DNA of 64,000 nt from Candidatus Caldarchaeales archaeon (GTDB lineage: Archaea; Thermoproteota; Nitrososphaeria_A; Caldarchaeales; Calditenuaceae). Below are positions 29,066 to 38,756 of the stretch, in pieces (positions within the stretch are counted from its first letter, which is position 1; each line of letters begins with the position of its first letter). The position numbers and the translations under genes are program-made. The DNA lies in contig JBCNVM010000001.1 in assembly GCA_039630085.1 (NCBI GenBank), forward strand, positions 192,001 to 256,000, in the 5' to 3' direction. Under the pieces are notes generated by a model. The model had not been told where the DNA came from. It was given only the letters and a program-made list of their open reading frames with translations, and searched no databases.

Positions 29066-30010
29066 TCAACTTTGGACTTCGGCCCTCGCCGGGCCCTCGA
29101 GGACCTCCTTCAGGCCCTTGAACCTGTTCCTCACGGTGACCTCCGTGACGCCCGCGGCCCTCGCGATGTCCTTCTGGGTGACGTTCTGCATCGTCTCCTG
29201 GCAGGCCATGTAGAGCGCAGCGGCGGCTATCCCCACGGGGTCCTTCCCGATCGTCGCGCCCCTCTTCGCGGCCTCGGTGAGGATCCTCACCGCCTCCTGG
29301 GCGGTCCTCTCGTCGACGTTGACCTTCGCGGCGATCTTGGAGACGTAGATCGTCGGGTCGGTGACGGGGACCCTGATGTTCAGGTGCTTCAGCATCAGCC
29401 TGTACCCCTGGGCGATCGTCTTCCTCTTCACCAGCGGGTAGGCCTTCTCGAACTCCCTGAGGTCCCTGGGGATCCCGTTGAGCCTGCAGGCCGCGTAGAT
29501 CGCCGCTGCCATGATGCTCCTGATGGACCTGCCCCTGACCAGCCCGGCCTTCAGCGCCTTCCTGTAGATCAGCATCGCCTGCTCCGCGACCGCCTGCGGA
29601 AGGTTCAGCTTGTCCATGTAGATACCGAGGATGTTCGCGGCCTGCTGGAGGTTCCGGGTCTCGGAGGCGTTGACCTGCGAAGTCTGGTCGAGCTTCTTCA
29701 GCCTCAGCATCTTCTCCCTCACCTCCTTCGGGAGCCTCCTGCCTCCCGCGTCCTCGCTGGTCTTGTCGATTACCGTCGATAGCCCGAAGTCCTTGTACAT
29801 GATCGAGAGCGGAGCTCCCGCCCTCGCCCTGCTCTCCTCTCCCTCCTCGGCGCCCCTCCACTCGGGGCCCCTGTTCACCCCTTTCTCAACGACGACGGCC
29901 CCGCACTCCTCGCAGCTCACCTCCCCGGTCATGGGGTCGGAGACGAGCCTCATGCTCCCGCACTCGGGGCACATCAGGTCCTCCCTCCAGGCCCTCACGC
30001 GACCGCTCAT
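29066..30010 (-). CDS. tfb: Transcription initiation factor IIB (TFB)
   Basis: Zn ribbon CPECG..CEECG, GPEWR, R.G.P, two cyclin repeats (RGRSI; GKDP.GIAAAALY; TQ..IA..AGVTEVTVRNR). Confidence 0.97.
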   Translation of the reverse strand: MSGRVRAWREDLMCPECGSMRLVSDPMTGEVSCEECGAVVVEKGVNRGPEWRGAEEGEESRARAGAPLSIMYKDFGLSTVIDKTSEDAGGRRLPKEVREKMLRLKKLDQTSQVNASETRNLQQAANILGIYMDKLNLPQAVAEQAMLIYRKALKAGLVRGRSIRSIMAAAIYAACRLNGIPRDLREFEKAYPLVKRKTIAQGYRLMLKHLNIRVPVTDPTIYVSKIAAKVNVDERTAQEAVRILTEAAKRGATIGKDPVGIAAAALYMACQETMQNVTQKDIARAAGVTEVTVRNRFKGLKEVLEGPARAEVQS

Positions 30011-30074
30011 GCCTTTATCCCACCCCTGACTGAATTTTTATTTGATCCCATCATGGAGAGATAAGGGTTACTCA

Positions 30075-30090
30075 ATATTAAATCTTTCCA
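30075..30090 (-). promoter_or_regulatory. BRE/TATA promoter of tfb
   Basis: GGAAAGA-TTTAATAT on minus strand in an AT-rich intergenic segment. Confidence 0.6.
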
Positions 30091-30107
30091 TCCGACAACT
30101 TCTGGGT

Positions 30108-31538
30108 TTACCGGCGTAGTACGCGTCTGCCGGCGAACCTCCAGCGGGGACCCGATGCGGTGTCCTCGACCCTGATGCCGATCGCCGAGAGGCCCGCCCT
30201 GATCGCGTCGGCGAGCTCGAACCTCCTCTCCGACCTGAGCCTCTCCCTCATGTCCAGCAGCAGCGAGAGCACGTCCTCGAGCAGCTCGCCGCCCCTCGCT
30301 CGTCCAGAGGGCAGCACGCCGAGCGCCGAGTCGACAGTCGCGTAGAAGGCCTCGCCCTCGGCCCTGAGCTCCTGCGGCACCGAGTCGTGGGACTCGAGGT
30401 ACCTGGCAAGGGCCCTGGTGGCCTCGTGGAGCGCCGATAGGGCCTGGGGCGTGTTCAGGTCGTCCTCCAGCGCCGAGAGGAGCCTCGACCCGCTCGCCTT
30501 CAGCTCCCCGAGCGTTGCCCTCCCTTCCTCGTCGAGCCCCTCCTGGGCGACGTCCCTGCCCCTGAACTCCTGCAGGACCGAGACTATACCCTCGAGGGCC
30601 CTCGAGGCCGCGTCCAGGTTCTCCCAGCCGAACTCGACAGGGCTCCTGTAGTGCGAGGAGGCGTAGAAGTACCTGAGCTCCTCTGCCGTGTACCTCCTCA
30701 GGACGTCCCTGATCGTGATGATGTTCCCGAGGGACTTGGACATCTTCTCTCCGCCAACCGTGAGGAGGCCCGTGTGGACCCAGTACCTCGAGAAGGGCGA
30801 GACTCCCGTCGCGGCCTCGGCCTGGGCCCTCTCGGCCTCGTGATGGGGGAAGATCAGCTCGATCGCGCCGCCGTGGACGTCCAGCTGGGGCCCGAAGTAG
30901 GTCAGGATGATCGCGGTGTCCTCGATGTGCCATCCGGGCCTCCCGTATCCCCAGGGCGAGTCCCACCCGAGCTCGGTCTCGGGCCTCAGCTTCCAGAGCG
31001 CGAAGTCCTGCGGCCTCCTTTTCGTCGGGTCTGGTTCGATCCTGTGGACGCTCAGCTCCTCCGGCTCCCTCCCCGAGAGCTCGCCGTAGGGCCCGAAGGC
31101 CTCCGTGTCGAAGTAGACCCCGGTTCTGGTCTCGTAGGCGAACCCCCTCTTCAGGAGCCCCCGGATCAGCTCGATGATCTCCTCGATGTGCTCGGAGGCC
31201 CTCGCGAAGAGGTTGACGCTCTCTATCCTCAGGTCCCTCAGGTCCTCCATGAAGTACCCCTCGAACTCCTTCGCCAGCTCGAGCGGGTGGACTCCCCTCT
31301 CCGCGGCCCTCTGGATGATCTTGTCGTCGACGTCGGTGATGTTCATCAGGTAGAAGAGCGAGTACCCCGCGCCCCTGAGGTACCTCGCGAGGAAGTCGTA
31401 GGCGACGTAGGTCCTCGCGTGGCCGACGTGCGCGTAGTCGTAGACCGTGGGCCCGCAGACGTACATCTTGACCCTGTTGCCCCTCAGCGGCCTGAACTCC
31501 TCGACCATCCGGGTCAGGCTGTTGTAGACTCGGAGCAC
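30108..31538 (-). CDS. cysS: Cysteine--tRNA ligase
   Basis: YVCGPTVY..HVGH, NITDVDDKII, DFALWK, GRPGWHIE, FPHHE.E, KMSKS. Confidence 0.98.
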   Translation of the reverse strand: MLRVYNSLTRMVEEFRPLRGNRVKMYVCGPTVYDYAHVGHARTYVAYDFLARYLRGAGYSLFYLMNITDVDDKIIQRAAERGVHPLELAKEFEGYFMEDLRDLRIESVNLFARASEHIEEIIELIRGLLKRGFAYETRTGVYFDTEAFGPYGELSGREPEELSVHRIEPDPTKRRPQDFALWKLRPETELGWDSPWGYGRPGWHIEDTAIILTYFGPQLDVHGGAIELIFPHHEAERAQAEAATGVSPFSRYWVHTGLLTVGGEKMSKSLGNIITIRDVLRRYTAEELRYFYASSHYRSPVEFGWENLDAASRALEGIVSVLQEFRGRDVAQEGLDEEGRATLGELKASGSRLLSALEDDLNTPQALSALHEATRALARYLESHDSVPQELRAEGEAFYATVDSALGVLPSGRARGGELLEDVLSLLLDMRERLRSERRFELADAIRAGLSAIGIRVEDTASGPRWRFAGRRVLRR

Positions 31539-31652
31539 AATATCCCGGGCACCGCGCTGCCTTCCCCCCGCCCCTATTTAACCGAGAGCCGGGAGCGTGA
31601 GGCCCATCGGGTCTCGCGGCCATCAATCTTATAGCAAAGGCGGGAAATCGAG

Positions 31653-32141
31653 ATGAGGCCGGTGAACGGAGTGTCGGTCAAGGTGACGCAGGAGGACCTG
31701 CAGAGGGCCTTGGACGAGCTGGCCGTCCTCGAGCAGCTGATACCGGACCTCCAGGCGAGGATAGCGGCGCTCAACGCCTCGATACTCGACCACGAGAGGG
31801 CCCTCCAGCTGATCGACTTCCTCACCAGCAACCCGGGCCAGCACAAGGTCCTCTTCTCGATCGGGGGAGGCTCGCTCCTCGAGACCGACGTCTCGTTCAC
31901 GGGGAGGCTCAAGGTCGGGATAGGGCAGAACGTGGTCCTCGACGCGCCTGTCGAGAGGTGCAGGAGGATAATCAACGATAGGAAGGCGGTGCTGGAGAGG
32001 AACAGGGCCCAGCTGGTCCAGCTGCTGGGCAGCTACACGGAGAGGGCCGAGCTCCTCAGGAGGTTCCTGTTATCGGTTCAGCAGGCGATCGCCGCGAGGG
32101 GCGCGGCCCGAGAGGGGTCAGGCGGTGCTCGAGGGACTTAG
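31653..32141 (+). CDS. pfdA: Prefoldin subunit alpha
   Basis: Coiled coil / beta hairpins (IGGG, VGIG.N) / coiled coil; conserved position before ftsY. Confidence 0.8.
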   Translation: MRPVNGVSVKVTQEDLQRALDELAVLEQLIPDLQARIAALNASILDHERALQLIDFLTSNPGQHKVLFSIGGGSLLETDVSFTGRLKVGIGQNVVLDAPVERCRRIINDRKAVLERNRAQLVQLLGSYTERAELLRRFLLSVQQAIAARGAAREGSGGARGT

Positions 32142-33036
32142 GAGGGCCCTGAGGGCCGCGGTCGAGAGGCTGACGACCGAGGAGCTCTCCGAGTCCAAGC
32201 TCGAGGAGGTCCTCGAGGAGCTGAGGATCCAGCTCGTCGCCAACGAGGTCTCCCTCGAGGCCGCCGAGTCGATCGCGAGCGCCCTAGGCGAAGGGCTCAG
32301 GGGGAGGAGGCTGCCGAGGTTCTCCGACAGGAGGGCCGCGGTCCTCGAGGCCCTGAGGGGCGCCCTCGAGTCGGTCCTCCTCGACGCCGATCCCCTCGAG
32401 CTGGTGAAGGAGGTCAAGGCCCACCACGCCTCCACCGGCGAGCCCTTCCCGATACTCTTCGTCGGGCCGAACGGCGGCGGGAAGACGACGACGGTCGCGA
32501 AGATCGCCAACTTCCTCAAGACGAACTCCGTGCCCTCGGTCATAGCCTGCGCGGACACGTTCAGGGCCGCCGCGATCGAGCAGATGAGGCTCCTCGCGGA
32601 GAGGGTCGGAGTCAGGTGCGTCAGCCACAGGTACGGCGCGGACCCCGCGGCCGTGGCGGTGGACTCGATCGTCAGCGCGAGGGCCCACGGCGTGCCGGCC
32701 GTCCTGATAGACACGGCCGGGAGAACGGAGCTCAACAGGAACCTCCTCGAGGAGATGAGGAAGATCAAGAGGGTCGCCCAGCCTAGGAGGGTGATCTACG
32801 TCGTCGACGCGCTGGCCGGGAACGTGGCCGTCGAGCAGGCGAGGCAGTTCGACTCCTACGTCGGCGTGGACTACGTCGTCCTCACCAAGTTGGACAGCGA
32901 CGTCAAGGGAGGGACCGCGATATCCGTCTGCTACGCGATCAGGAAGCCGATCCTCTTCGTGGGCGTCGGACAGGACCTGAGGGACTTGGCGCCGCTCCCG
33001 AAGTCCGAGTTGATAGGGAGGCTCCTCGAGGCCTGA
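32125..33036 (+). CDS. ftsY: SRP receptor FtsY
   Basis: GPNG.GKTTT, DTFRAAAIEQ, DPAAVA, DTAGR, TKLD.D.KGG, GVGQ. Confidence 0.96.
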   Translation: MLEGLRRALRAAVERLTTEELSESKLEEVLEELRIQLVANEVSLEAAESIASALGEGLRGRRLPRFSDRRAAVLEALRGALESVLLDADPLELVKEVKAHHASTGEPFPILFVGPNGGGKTTTVAKIANFLKTNSVPSVIACADTFRAAAIEQMRLLAERVGVRCVSHRYGADPAAVAVDSIVSARAHGVPAVLIDTAGRTELNRNLLEEMRKIKRVAQPRRVIYVVDALAGNVAVEQARQFDSYVGVDYVVLTKLDSDVKGGTAISVCYAIRKPILFVGVGQDLRDLAPLPKSELIGRLLEA

Positions 33037-33051
33037 GGCCGTCCGACTCGG

Positions 33052-34617
33052 TCAGCGCTTCTTCGGTCTCTCGGCCTTCCCGAGCTTCGCAGGCTCCAAG
33101 TTGATCACGACCGTCTTCAGGACCATCATCTCCTCGATCGAGTAGCCTATCCCTTCCCTCCCCAGTCCCGAGTCCTTGACGCCTCCGAACGGGAAGTACC
33201 CGACGCCGTGCCTGGGAAAGTCGTTGACGGTCACCGAACCCGCTTGGACGGCCTTCGCTATCCTCCACATCCTGTAGAAGTTGTTCGTGAAGACGCAGGA
33301 GTCCAATCCGTACCTGCTCCTCGAGACGATCGAGAGCGCTTCGTCCTCGTCCCTGACTCTGGCTACCGTCACCACTGGCCCGAAGGTCTCCTCCCAGAGG
33401 ATCCTGGCGTCGCGGGGCACGTGGTCGAGGACGGTCGGCTCGTGGTAGCACCCGCTGTACTTCCCTCCCCTCAGCAGCTTCGCGCCCCGCTCGACCGCGT
33501 CCCTCACCAACGCGTTCACCCTCTCCGCGGCCGCCCTGTTGATCAGCGGGCCTACGTCGACCCCGTCGAGCCTCGGGTCCCCAAATCGTATCCCGTCCAC
33601 CACCTTGAGCACCTCCTCCACGAACCTCTCGGCCACGCTCTCAACCACTAGGATCGCGCTGACCGCGTCGCACCTCTGCCCCGCGTTCCTCAGGGATCCC
33701 ATCACACACTTGCTGGCCGCGAGGGGGATGTCCGCGTCCTCCAAGACGATCGCGTAAGCCTTTCCTCCCAACTCGAGGTGGAGGCTCTTCCCCGCCGCCC
33801 TCCTCGCGACCTCCTTCCCGACCTCCGTGCTGCCCGTGAAGGAGATCATGCCGACGTCGTCGTGCTCCGCGAGCTTCGCCCCCACGCTCCCTGGGCCCGT
33901 GACGACGTTCAGGACGCCCCTCGGGAGGCCGACCTCGGCGAAGACCCTCGCCAAGAGCAGCTGACTGAGCGGCGTCTCGCTGGACGGCTTCACAACCACC
34001 GTGTTCCCTGAGAGTATCGCAGGGATCACCTTCGCAGCGGGGATGAAGAGGGGATAGTTGAAGGGCCCTATCGCCCCTACCGTACCCACCGGCTCCCTCA
34101 GGACAATCGCGATCTTGCCCCGGGTGTCGGCCGACCAGTCGCCGGGCCTGTACTCCCCGGTGACCTTCGAGACATCTTCCATCGTCATCCTCATCCTCTC
34201 AGCGACCGCGGAGACCTCGCCCTCCGCGTCCCTTCTCGTCTTTCCTCCCTCGACCACCAGGACGTCGACGAAGTCCTGCCTGTGCCGCTCGATCAGGTCA
34301 GCGCACTCGTGGAACATCTCTATCCTGTCTATCGCCGCGATGTTGCGTATCGAGGGCCTCGCGACCTTCGCGGCCGCTACCGCGAGGTTCACGTCGGTCG
34401 TGCTCCCCTTCTGGGCATAAGCGACGACGCTCTCGTCTATCGGGGTGTCGACCGGGAAGACCTCGCGGCTCGAGCTCTCGACCCACTTCCCGTCGACGTA
34501 CATCCTGAAGGCCGGAAGGCCGTCTTCTCCCTCAACGAAGATGTCCTTGAAGAGCCCGCTTAACTTTAGGCTGGGCCTCTCCAGTCCGACCTCGTACCTC
34601 TGCTCGTAACCGGCCAT
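33052..34617 (-). CDS. gapN: Aldehyde dehydrogenase, non-phosphorylating GAP dehydrogenase (GAPN)-like
   Basis: PFNYPL, KP.S.TP, FTGST, LELGGK, catalytic AGQRCDA, EETFGP, PRHG.G..PFGG.K.SG.GREG. Confidence 0.8.
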   Translation of the reverse strand: MAGYEQRYEVGLERPSLKLSGLFKDIFVEGEDGLPAFRMYVDGKWVESSSREVFPVDTPIDESVVAYAQKGSTTDVNLAVAAAKVARPSIRNIAAIDRIEMFHECADLIERHRQDFVDVLVVEGGKTRRDAEGEVSAVAERMRMTMEDVSKVTGEYRPGDWSADTRGKIAIVLREPVGTVGAIGPFNYPLFIPAAKVIPAILSGNTVVVKPSSETPLSQLLLARVFAEVGLPRGVLNVVTGPGSVGAKLAEHDDVGMISFTGSTEVGKEVARRAAGKSLHLELGGKAYAIVLEDADIPLAASKCVMGSLRNAGQRCDAVSAILVVESVAERFVEEVLKVVDGIRFGDPRLDGVDVGPLINRAAAERVNALVRDAVERGAKLLRGGKYSGCYHEPTVLDHVPRDARILWEETFGPVVTVARVRDEDEALSIVSRSRYGLDSCVFTNNFYRMWRIAKAVQAGSVTVNDFPRHGVGYFPFGGVKDSGLGREGIGYSIEEMMVLKTVVINLEPAKLGKAERPKKR

Positions 34618-34713
34618 TCCTCCGCTCCGATCCGGGGTTGTGCTTTAAGGGTTCGCCGAGCTACCAGTCGTGCGGATGAAGGAGTTCCGCGGTCGCGATC
34701 GAGAGCGAACCGC

Positions 34714-36717
34714 TCATTTGGGGAAGAGAACGCTCAGGAGGTCATCGAGGTGTGCGGTCGCGACGCAGACGTGCCTGTCGGCCCCGCCGTAGTAGAGGTA
34801 GACGGTGTCGTCCCTCAGGACCGCGCCGCACGGGAATACGACGTTGTTCACGAAGCCCTCCCTCTCGTACCACTCGGTGGGCTCGAGAACCGGTGTGACC
34901 GACCTCGCGATCACATGTTCGGGCCTGTTCTCCTCAAGCAGGGCGACTCCTACCCTGTAAACGCTGTCGTGCGAGACGCCGTGGTAGAGCATTAGCCACC
35001 CCTCACTGATCTTAATCGGAGGAACCCCCATGCCGACCTTCTTCCCGTCCCACATCCCGGGCCTCGCGGGCAATAGCTTCGTGGAGACGAGCCCCGTCGG
35101 GTCGACCTGCTCGAGGGAGCTGAGGTAGTCGTAGACGACGTTGATCCCGCCGAGCCTGTGGATGAGGAAGTACTTCCCGTCGATCCGCTGGGGGAGGACG
35201 CAGGCGTTCTTGTCGTCGATGCCCTCCGGCGAGACCAGCACGGGCTCGGACCAGTTCCACTCGCCGCTGAGGAGGTCGTCGACTAGGATGGAGGTCAGCG
35301 CGACCCTCGGGGGGTTCATCCCGTCGAAGGCCGTGTAGAACATGTAGACTCTATTGTTGATCCTAACTAGCCTCGGGTCCTCGCACCCCGAGAGCCCCGG
35401 CACCCTCTTCTGCTCGAAGGGCATCCTCGGGACGTAGACCGGGTCCTCGAGTATCCTGTCGATGTGCAGGCCGTCCTCCGTGACCGCGAGTCCTATCCGC
35501 GACGTCAGGTCCCCGGAGAGGGCCCTGAAGAAGACGTAGATCTTGCCCTCCAGCTCGATCGCGCCCGGGTTGAAGGTCGCGAAGCTCCTCCACCAGTACC
35601 TCCCGTCGGGCCTGATCACCGGGTTGCCCTCGTGTCTCCTGAAGACCCTCGAGACGCCTCCGTCCATCATCGCCCTGAGCGTGCTGAGGGGTACGTTCGC
35701 GCAGCAGCAGGTCGTGTCGGCGGCGCCGTAGTACAGCCTTACCGTGTTCCTCTCCAGCAGGGCTGAGGTCGGGAAGACGACCATCGGGACGTTCCCGAAG
35801 ACCTCGTAGACCTCCTCCGGGGTCATGAAGGGGTAGGTGGTCCTCTTCAAGACCCTCCTCGGGTCGTCCAAGTTCAGCAGGAGCGCCTCCACCCCGAAGA
35901 TCCTCTGTCCCGGGTCGCCGAAGTAGTTCTGGATGTAGCTGTAAATCAGGAGCCACCCGTCCTCGAGCTCGACCGGGGGCGCCCCGACCTCGATGTGGTC
36001 CCTGTCTGACCTCCTCGGGTCAGGCTTGATCGCGTGGTCCGCGTAGCTCTTGTACCACTCGGCCATGTCGTCCTTCCACTTGGCCGGGTCGTCGGAGAGC
36101 TCCGCGATCGCGATATACGCTGGTGGCCTGTCGGTGTGGACCGTGAGGACCGCTGTGACCCTCCCGCCTATCCTCCTCGGGAAGAGGGCCATCGCCTTCG
36201 CGTTGAACGGCGTCACCAGGTACTTCGCCTCCACCCGTTTCAGGTCCTTGCTGATCGCGACCCCTACCCTTATCCCGTCGGCCGTGGGAGGTAGCGTCGA
36301 TATCGCTGTGTAGAAGATGTAGTATTTGCCCTCGAAGTAGACGGCGCGCGGGTCCTCGCACCCGAACCTCTCCCAGTCGTGCTGCGGATAGATGAATCGC
36401 CTCCTCGAGCGAAAGTGTATCCCGTCGCTGCTCCTAGCGATCCCTATCGAGCTGATGGTCGTCCCCCTGCTGATGAGGTACTCGGAGGAGGAGATGGCCC
36501 TGTAGAGCATGTAGTAGGTCCTTCCCTTCCTCACGACCGAGGGGTTGAAGACCGCGTAGCTTTCCCATGAGATCCCCCTCGTGGGGAGCAGTATCGGGTT
36601 CTCCTCGCACCTCCTGAAGCCGGGGATGGGCCTAGTCCTGAGCGCCCTCCGGGCTATCTTCGCGATGCTGTCGTTCAGCACCCTTCCGGGTCCCCCGCCT
36701 GCACCTCGTAAAGCCAT
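34714..36717 (-). CDS. Tandem two-domain GH130-family glycosidase/phosphorylase
   Basis: Two repeats of NP.L.P..WE...FNP, G.EDPR, YE..G...VVFP, YYG.AD. Confidence 0.88.
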   Translation of the reverse strand: MALRGAGGGPGRVLNDSIAKIARRALRTRPIPGFRRCEENPILLPTRGISWESYAVFNPSVVRKGRTYYMLYRAISSSEYLISRGTTISSIGIARSSDGIHFRSRRRFIYPQHDWERFGCEDPRAVYFEGKYYIFYTAISTLPPTADGIRVGVAISKDLKRVEAKYLVTPFNAKAMALFPRRIGGRVTAVLTVHTDRPPAYIAIAELSDDPAKWKDDMAEWYKSYADHAIKPDPRRSDRDHIEVGAPPVELEDGWLLIYSYIQNYFGDPGQRIFGVEALLLNLDDPRRVLKRTTYPFMTPEEVYEVFGNVPMVVFPTSALLERNTVRLYYGAADTTCCCANVPLSTLRAMMDGGVSRVFRRHEGNPVIRPDGRYWWRSFATFNPGAIELEGKIYVFFRALSGDLTSRIGLAVTEDGLHIDRILEDPVYVPRMPFEQKRVPGLSGCEDPRLVRINNRVYMFYTAFDGMNPPRVALTSILVDDLLSGEWNWSEPVLVSPEGIDDKNACVLPQRIDGKYFLIHRLGGINVVYDYLSSLEQVDPTGLVSTKLLPARPGMWDGKKVGMGVPPIKISEGWLMLYHGVSHDSVYRVGVALLEENRPEHVIARSVTPVLEPTEWYEREGFVNNVVFPCGAVLRDDTVYLYYGGADRHVCVATAHLDDLLSVLFPK

Positions 36718-36757
36718 TCCCGGACAAGAGGCGAAGGGAATTCGCCGATAAATACGC

Positions 36758-37792
36758 TCACCTTCGCGACAAGTAGCTGAGGAGGTCGTTGAGGTCGACG
36801 GTGGCCACCGCGACGTGGCTGTCGGCGGCCCCGTAATAGAGGAAGACCGCGTCGCCCCTCCTCACCGCGCCGGTTACGTAGATGACGCCCGGCTTGAAGC
36901 CCGTGAACTCGTACCACTCCGTGGGGACGAGGAGCGGCGAGTCGGTCCTAGAGATCGGGACCTCCGGGCGGCTCGAGTCTAGGAGCATGGCTCCGAGCAT
37001 GTACCCGTAGCCGCTCACCTCCCTAGCAGGGCTCGCGTGGTAGAAGAGGAGCCAGCCGTCGGAAGTCTCGATCGGCGGCGCGGCCGCGCCCCTGACCACC
37101 GCGTCCCACTTGCCCCTCCTCCCCATCGCGTAGCCGCCGTCGAACTCGCTCCGTATCGTGAGACCCTCGAGGTCCTCGACGTATTCGATCTGGACCCTCG
37201 GCGAGAGCGAGTGGAGTATCGCGATCCTCCCGTCGAACCTCTTCGGGAAGACCACCCAGTTCTTGTGCTTCTCGTAGGGCGGCGAGATGACCCTCGAGTC
37301 CCTCCACCTCCACCTCCCCTCCACGAGGTCTTCAGCGCGTATCGAGGTGATCGCGACCCTGATGTTGAAGCCGTCGTAGAGCGTATAGGTCATGAAGATT
37401 TCTTCGCCGATCGCCGCGAGCCTAGGGTCCTCGGCCCCGACGATCGAACCTCCGGAGCCCGAGGGGACGGGCCTGAACTCGCTGGGCCCGCTGACGGAGA
37501 CGTCGTGCTCGAAGACGGGATGAGGCAGCCTCTCGGAGACGTTGAGGCCGTCCCTGCTGACCGCGTACCCGAGCCTCGAGACCCCGTCGTCGCCGATCGC
37601 CCGGTAGAGGAGCCTCACGGCCCCCTCGATGTCGACCGCGCCCGGGTTGAAGGTCTGCCTGCTCTCCCATTCGTGGGCCTCGATCGGCGAGATGATCGGG
37701 TTGCCGGCGTACTTCCGTATCAGCGAGAGGGCCTCCATCCCTGAACGATAATTCTCACGCGCACGAGTTAAACCTGTAAGCCTATAAGCCAA
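36758..37792 (-). CDS. GH130-family glycosidase/phosphorylase
   Basis: NPII.P..WES..TFNPG, EDPR, KNWV.FP, GWL..YH, YYGAAD; alternative start ATG 37738. Confidence 0.88.
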   Translation of the reverse strand: MAYRLTGLTRARENYRSGMEALSLIRKYAGNPIISPIEAHEWESRQTFNPGAVDIEGAVRLLYRAIGDDGVSRLGYAVSRDGLNVSERLPHPVFEHDVSVSGPSEFRPVPSGSGGSIVGAEDPRLAAIGEEIFMTYTLYDGFNIRVAITSIRAEDLVEGRWRWRDSRVISPPYEKHKNWVVFPKRFDGRIAILHSLSPRVQIEYVEDLEGLTIRSEFDGGYAMGRRGKWDAVVRGAAAPPIETSDGWLLFYHASPAREVSGYGYMLGAMLLDSSRPEVPISRTDSPLLVPTEWYEFTGFKPGVIYVTGAVRRGDAVFLYYGAADSHVAVATVDLNDLLSYLSRR

Positions 37793-37892
37793 ATATCACG
37801 TCGCGCATCACTCTATAAAACCGTATCTTTCGTTCGGCAGGACTAGGGCGCAGGGGGCTCGGCGCACCGCAGCTCCTAGCGTCCCGGCCGGT

Positions 37893-38756
37893 TCACCTCT
37901 CCGCGTTGAGGGCTCCGTGGGCCAAGTATCCTCCTGCTGAGAGGCAGAGGGCCGCGAAGGCCGCGAGGTAAGCCAGGTGCCCCAGCGAGGCGAGGAGGTC
38001 GAAGCTCTGCCCGTAGATCAGGGAGGTCCTCAGCACCTCTATCGCGTGAGTCAGGGGGTTCACGTCGGTGACGGGTTTCATCCAATCGGGGACGACGGTC
38101 CTCGGGTATAGCGCGGAGCTCGTGAACATCAGGGGGAGGTTGATCAGGTTCGCGAGGGCCACGTGGTACTCCCAGCTCTTCAGCCTCAGCGTGACCGCGA
38201 TCACGAGGGAGGAGAGCGCGACCGAGAGGAGGGCGAGGGCCGCGAAGCCCAGCAGCACCGCGAGGGGGCCGGCGGAGTTAACCTTCAGTCCCAGAGCTAC
38301 CGCCGTGAGCACGACGAGGCCGGACTGGAGGACCGCCCTGACAGCGGACGCGATGACCTTGCTGAGGACTATCGTGAACCTGTTGATCGGCGCGGCGAGC
38401 AGCTTGTAGATGAAACCAAGCCTCCTGTCCCACGCAACGCTGAGCCCGCTGAAGACGGAGACGAAGAGGACTATCACGCCGGCCATCCCCGTAGCGACAT
38501 AGGAGAAGTAGTCGACCTCGGGCGAGCCGAAGAACCTAGCGAAGGCCGCGTTGAAGGCGCTGCTGACGACCTTCAGGGACTCAGGTGGGAGGCTGGAGAC
38601 GAGGTCCTCGGGGACCGAGAACATCCCCGTGAGGTTGAAGGCCTTGCCGTACAGACCCATCCAGAGGACCGGCTGGATCATCGTCATCGCGAGGAGCGCC
38701 GGAGACCTCATCAGCTTCCTCAGCTCCCTCCCGACCAGCGCGGAGAGCTCTCCCAT
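37893..38756 (-). CDS. ABC-2 type exporter permease (DrrB-like)
   Basis: QP.LW..L.G, WDRRLG..KLLAAPI, PL.F.S.ALYP...P.W......NPLT; ATG overlaps upstream stop. Confidence 0.88.
   Translation of the reverse strand: MGELSALVGRELRKLMRSPALLAMTMIQPVLWMGLYGKAFNLTGMFSVPEDLVSSLPPESLKVVSSAFNAAFARFFGSPEVDYFSYVATGMAGVIVLFVSVFSGLSVAWDRRLGFIYKLLAAPINRFTIVLSKVIASAVRAVLQSGLVVLTAVALGLKVNSAGPLAVLLGFAALALLSVALSSLVIAVTLRLKSWEYHVALANLINLPLMFTSSALYPRTVVPDWMKPVTDVNPLTHAIEVLRTSLIYGQSFDLLASLGHLAYLAAFAALCLSAGGYLAHGALNAER

Noticed and set aside
30007-30056. ATGATGG in the tfb leader as a possible C/D box sRNA
   Set aside because: Imperfect C box and no CTGA D box on that strand
37791-37800. ATATCACG upstream of GH130 matches half of the putative PadR operator
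   Set aside because: A single 8-bp half site is not enough to claim PadR control
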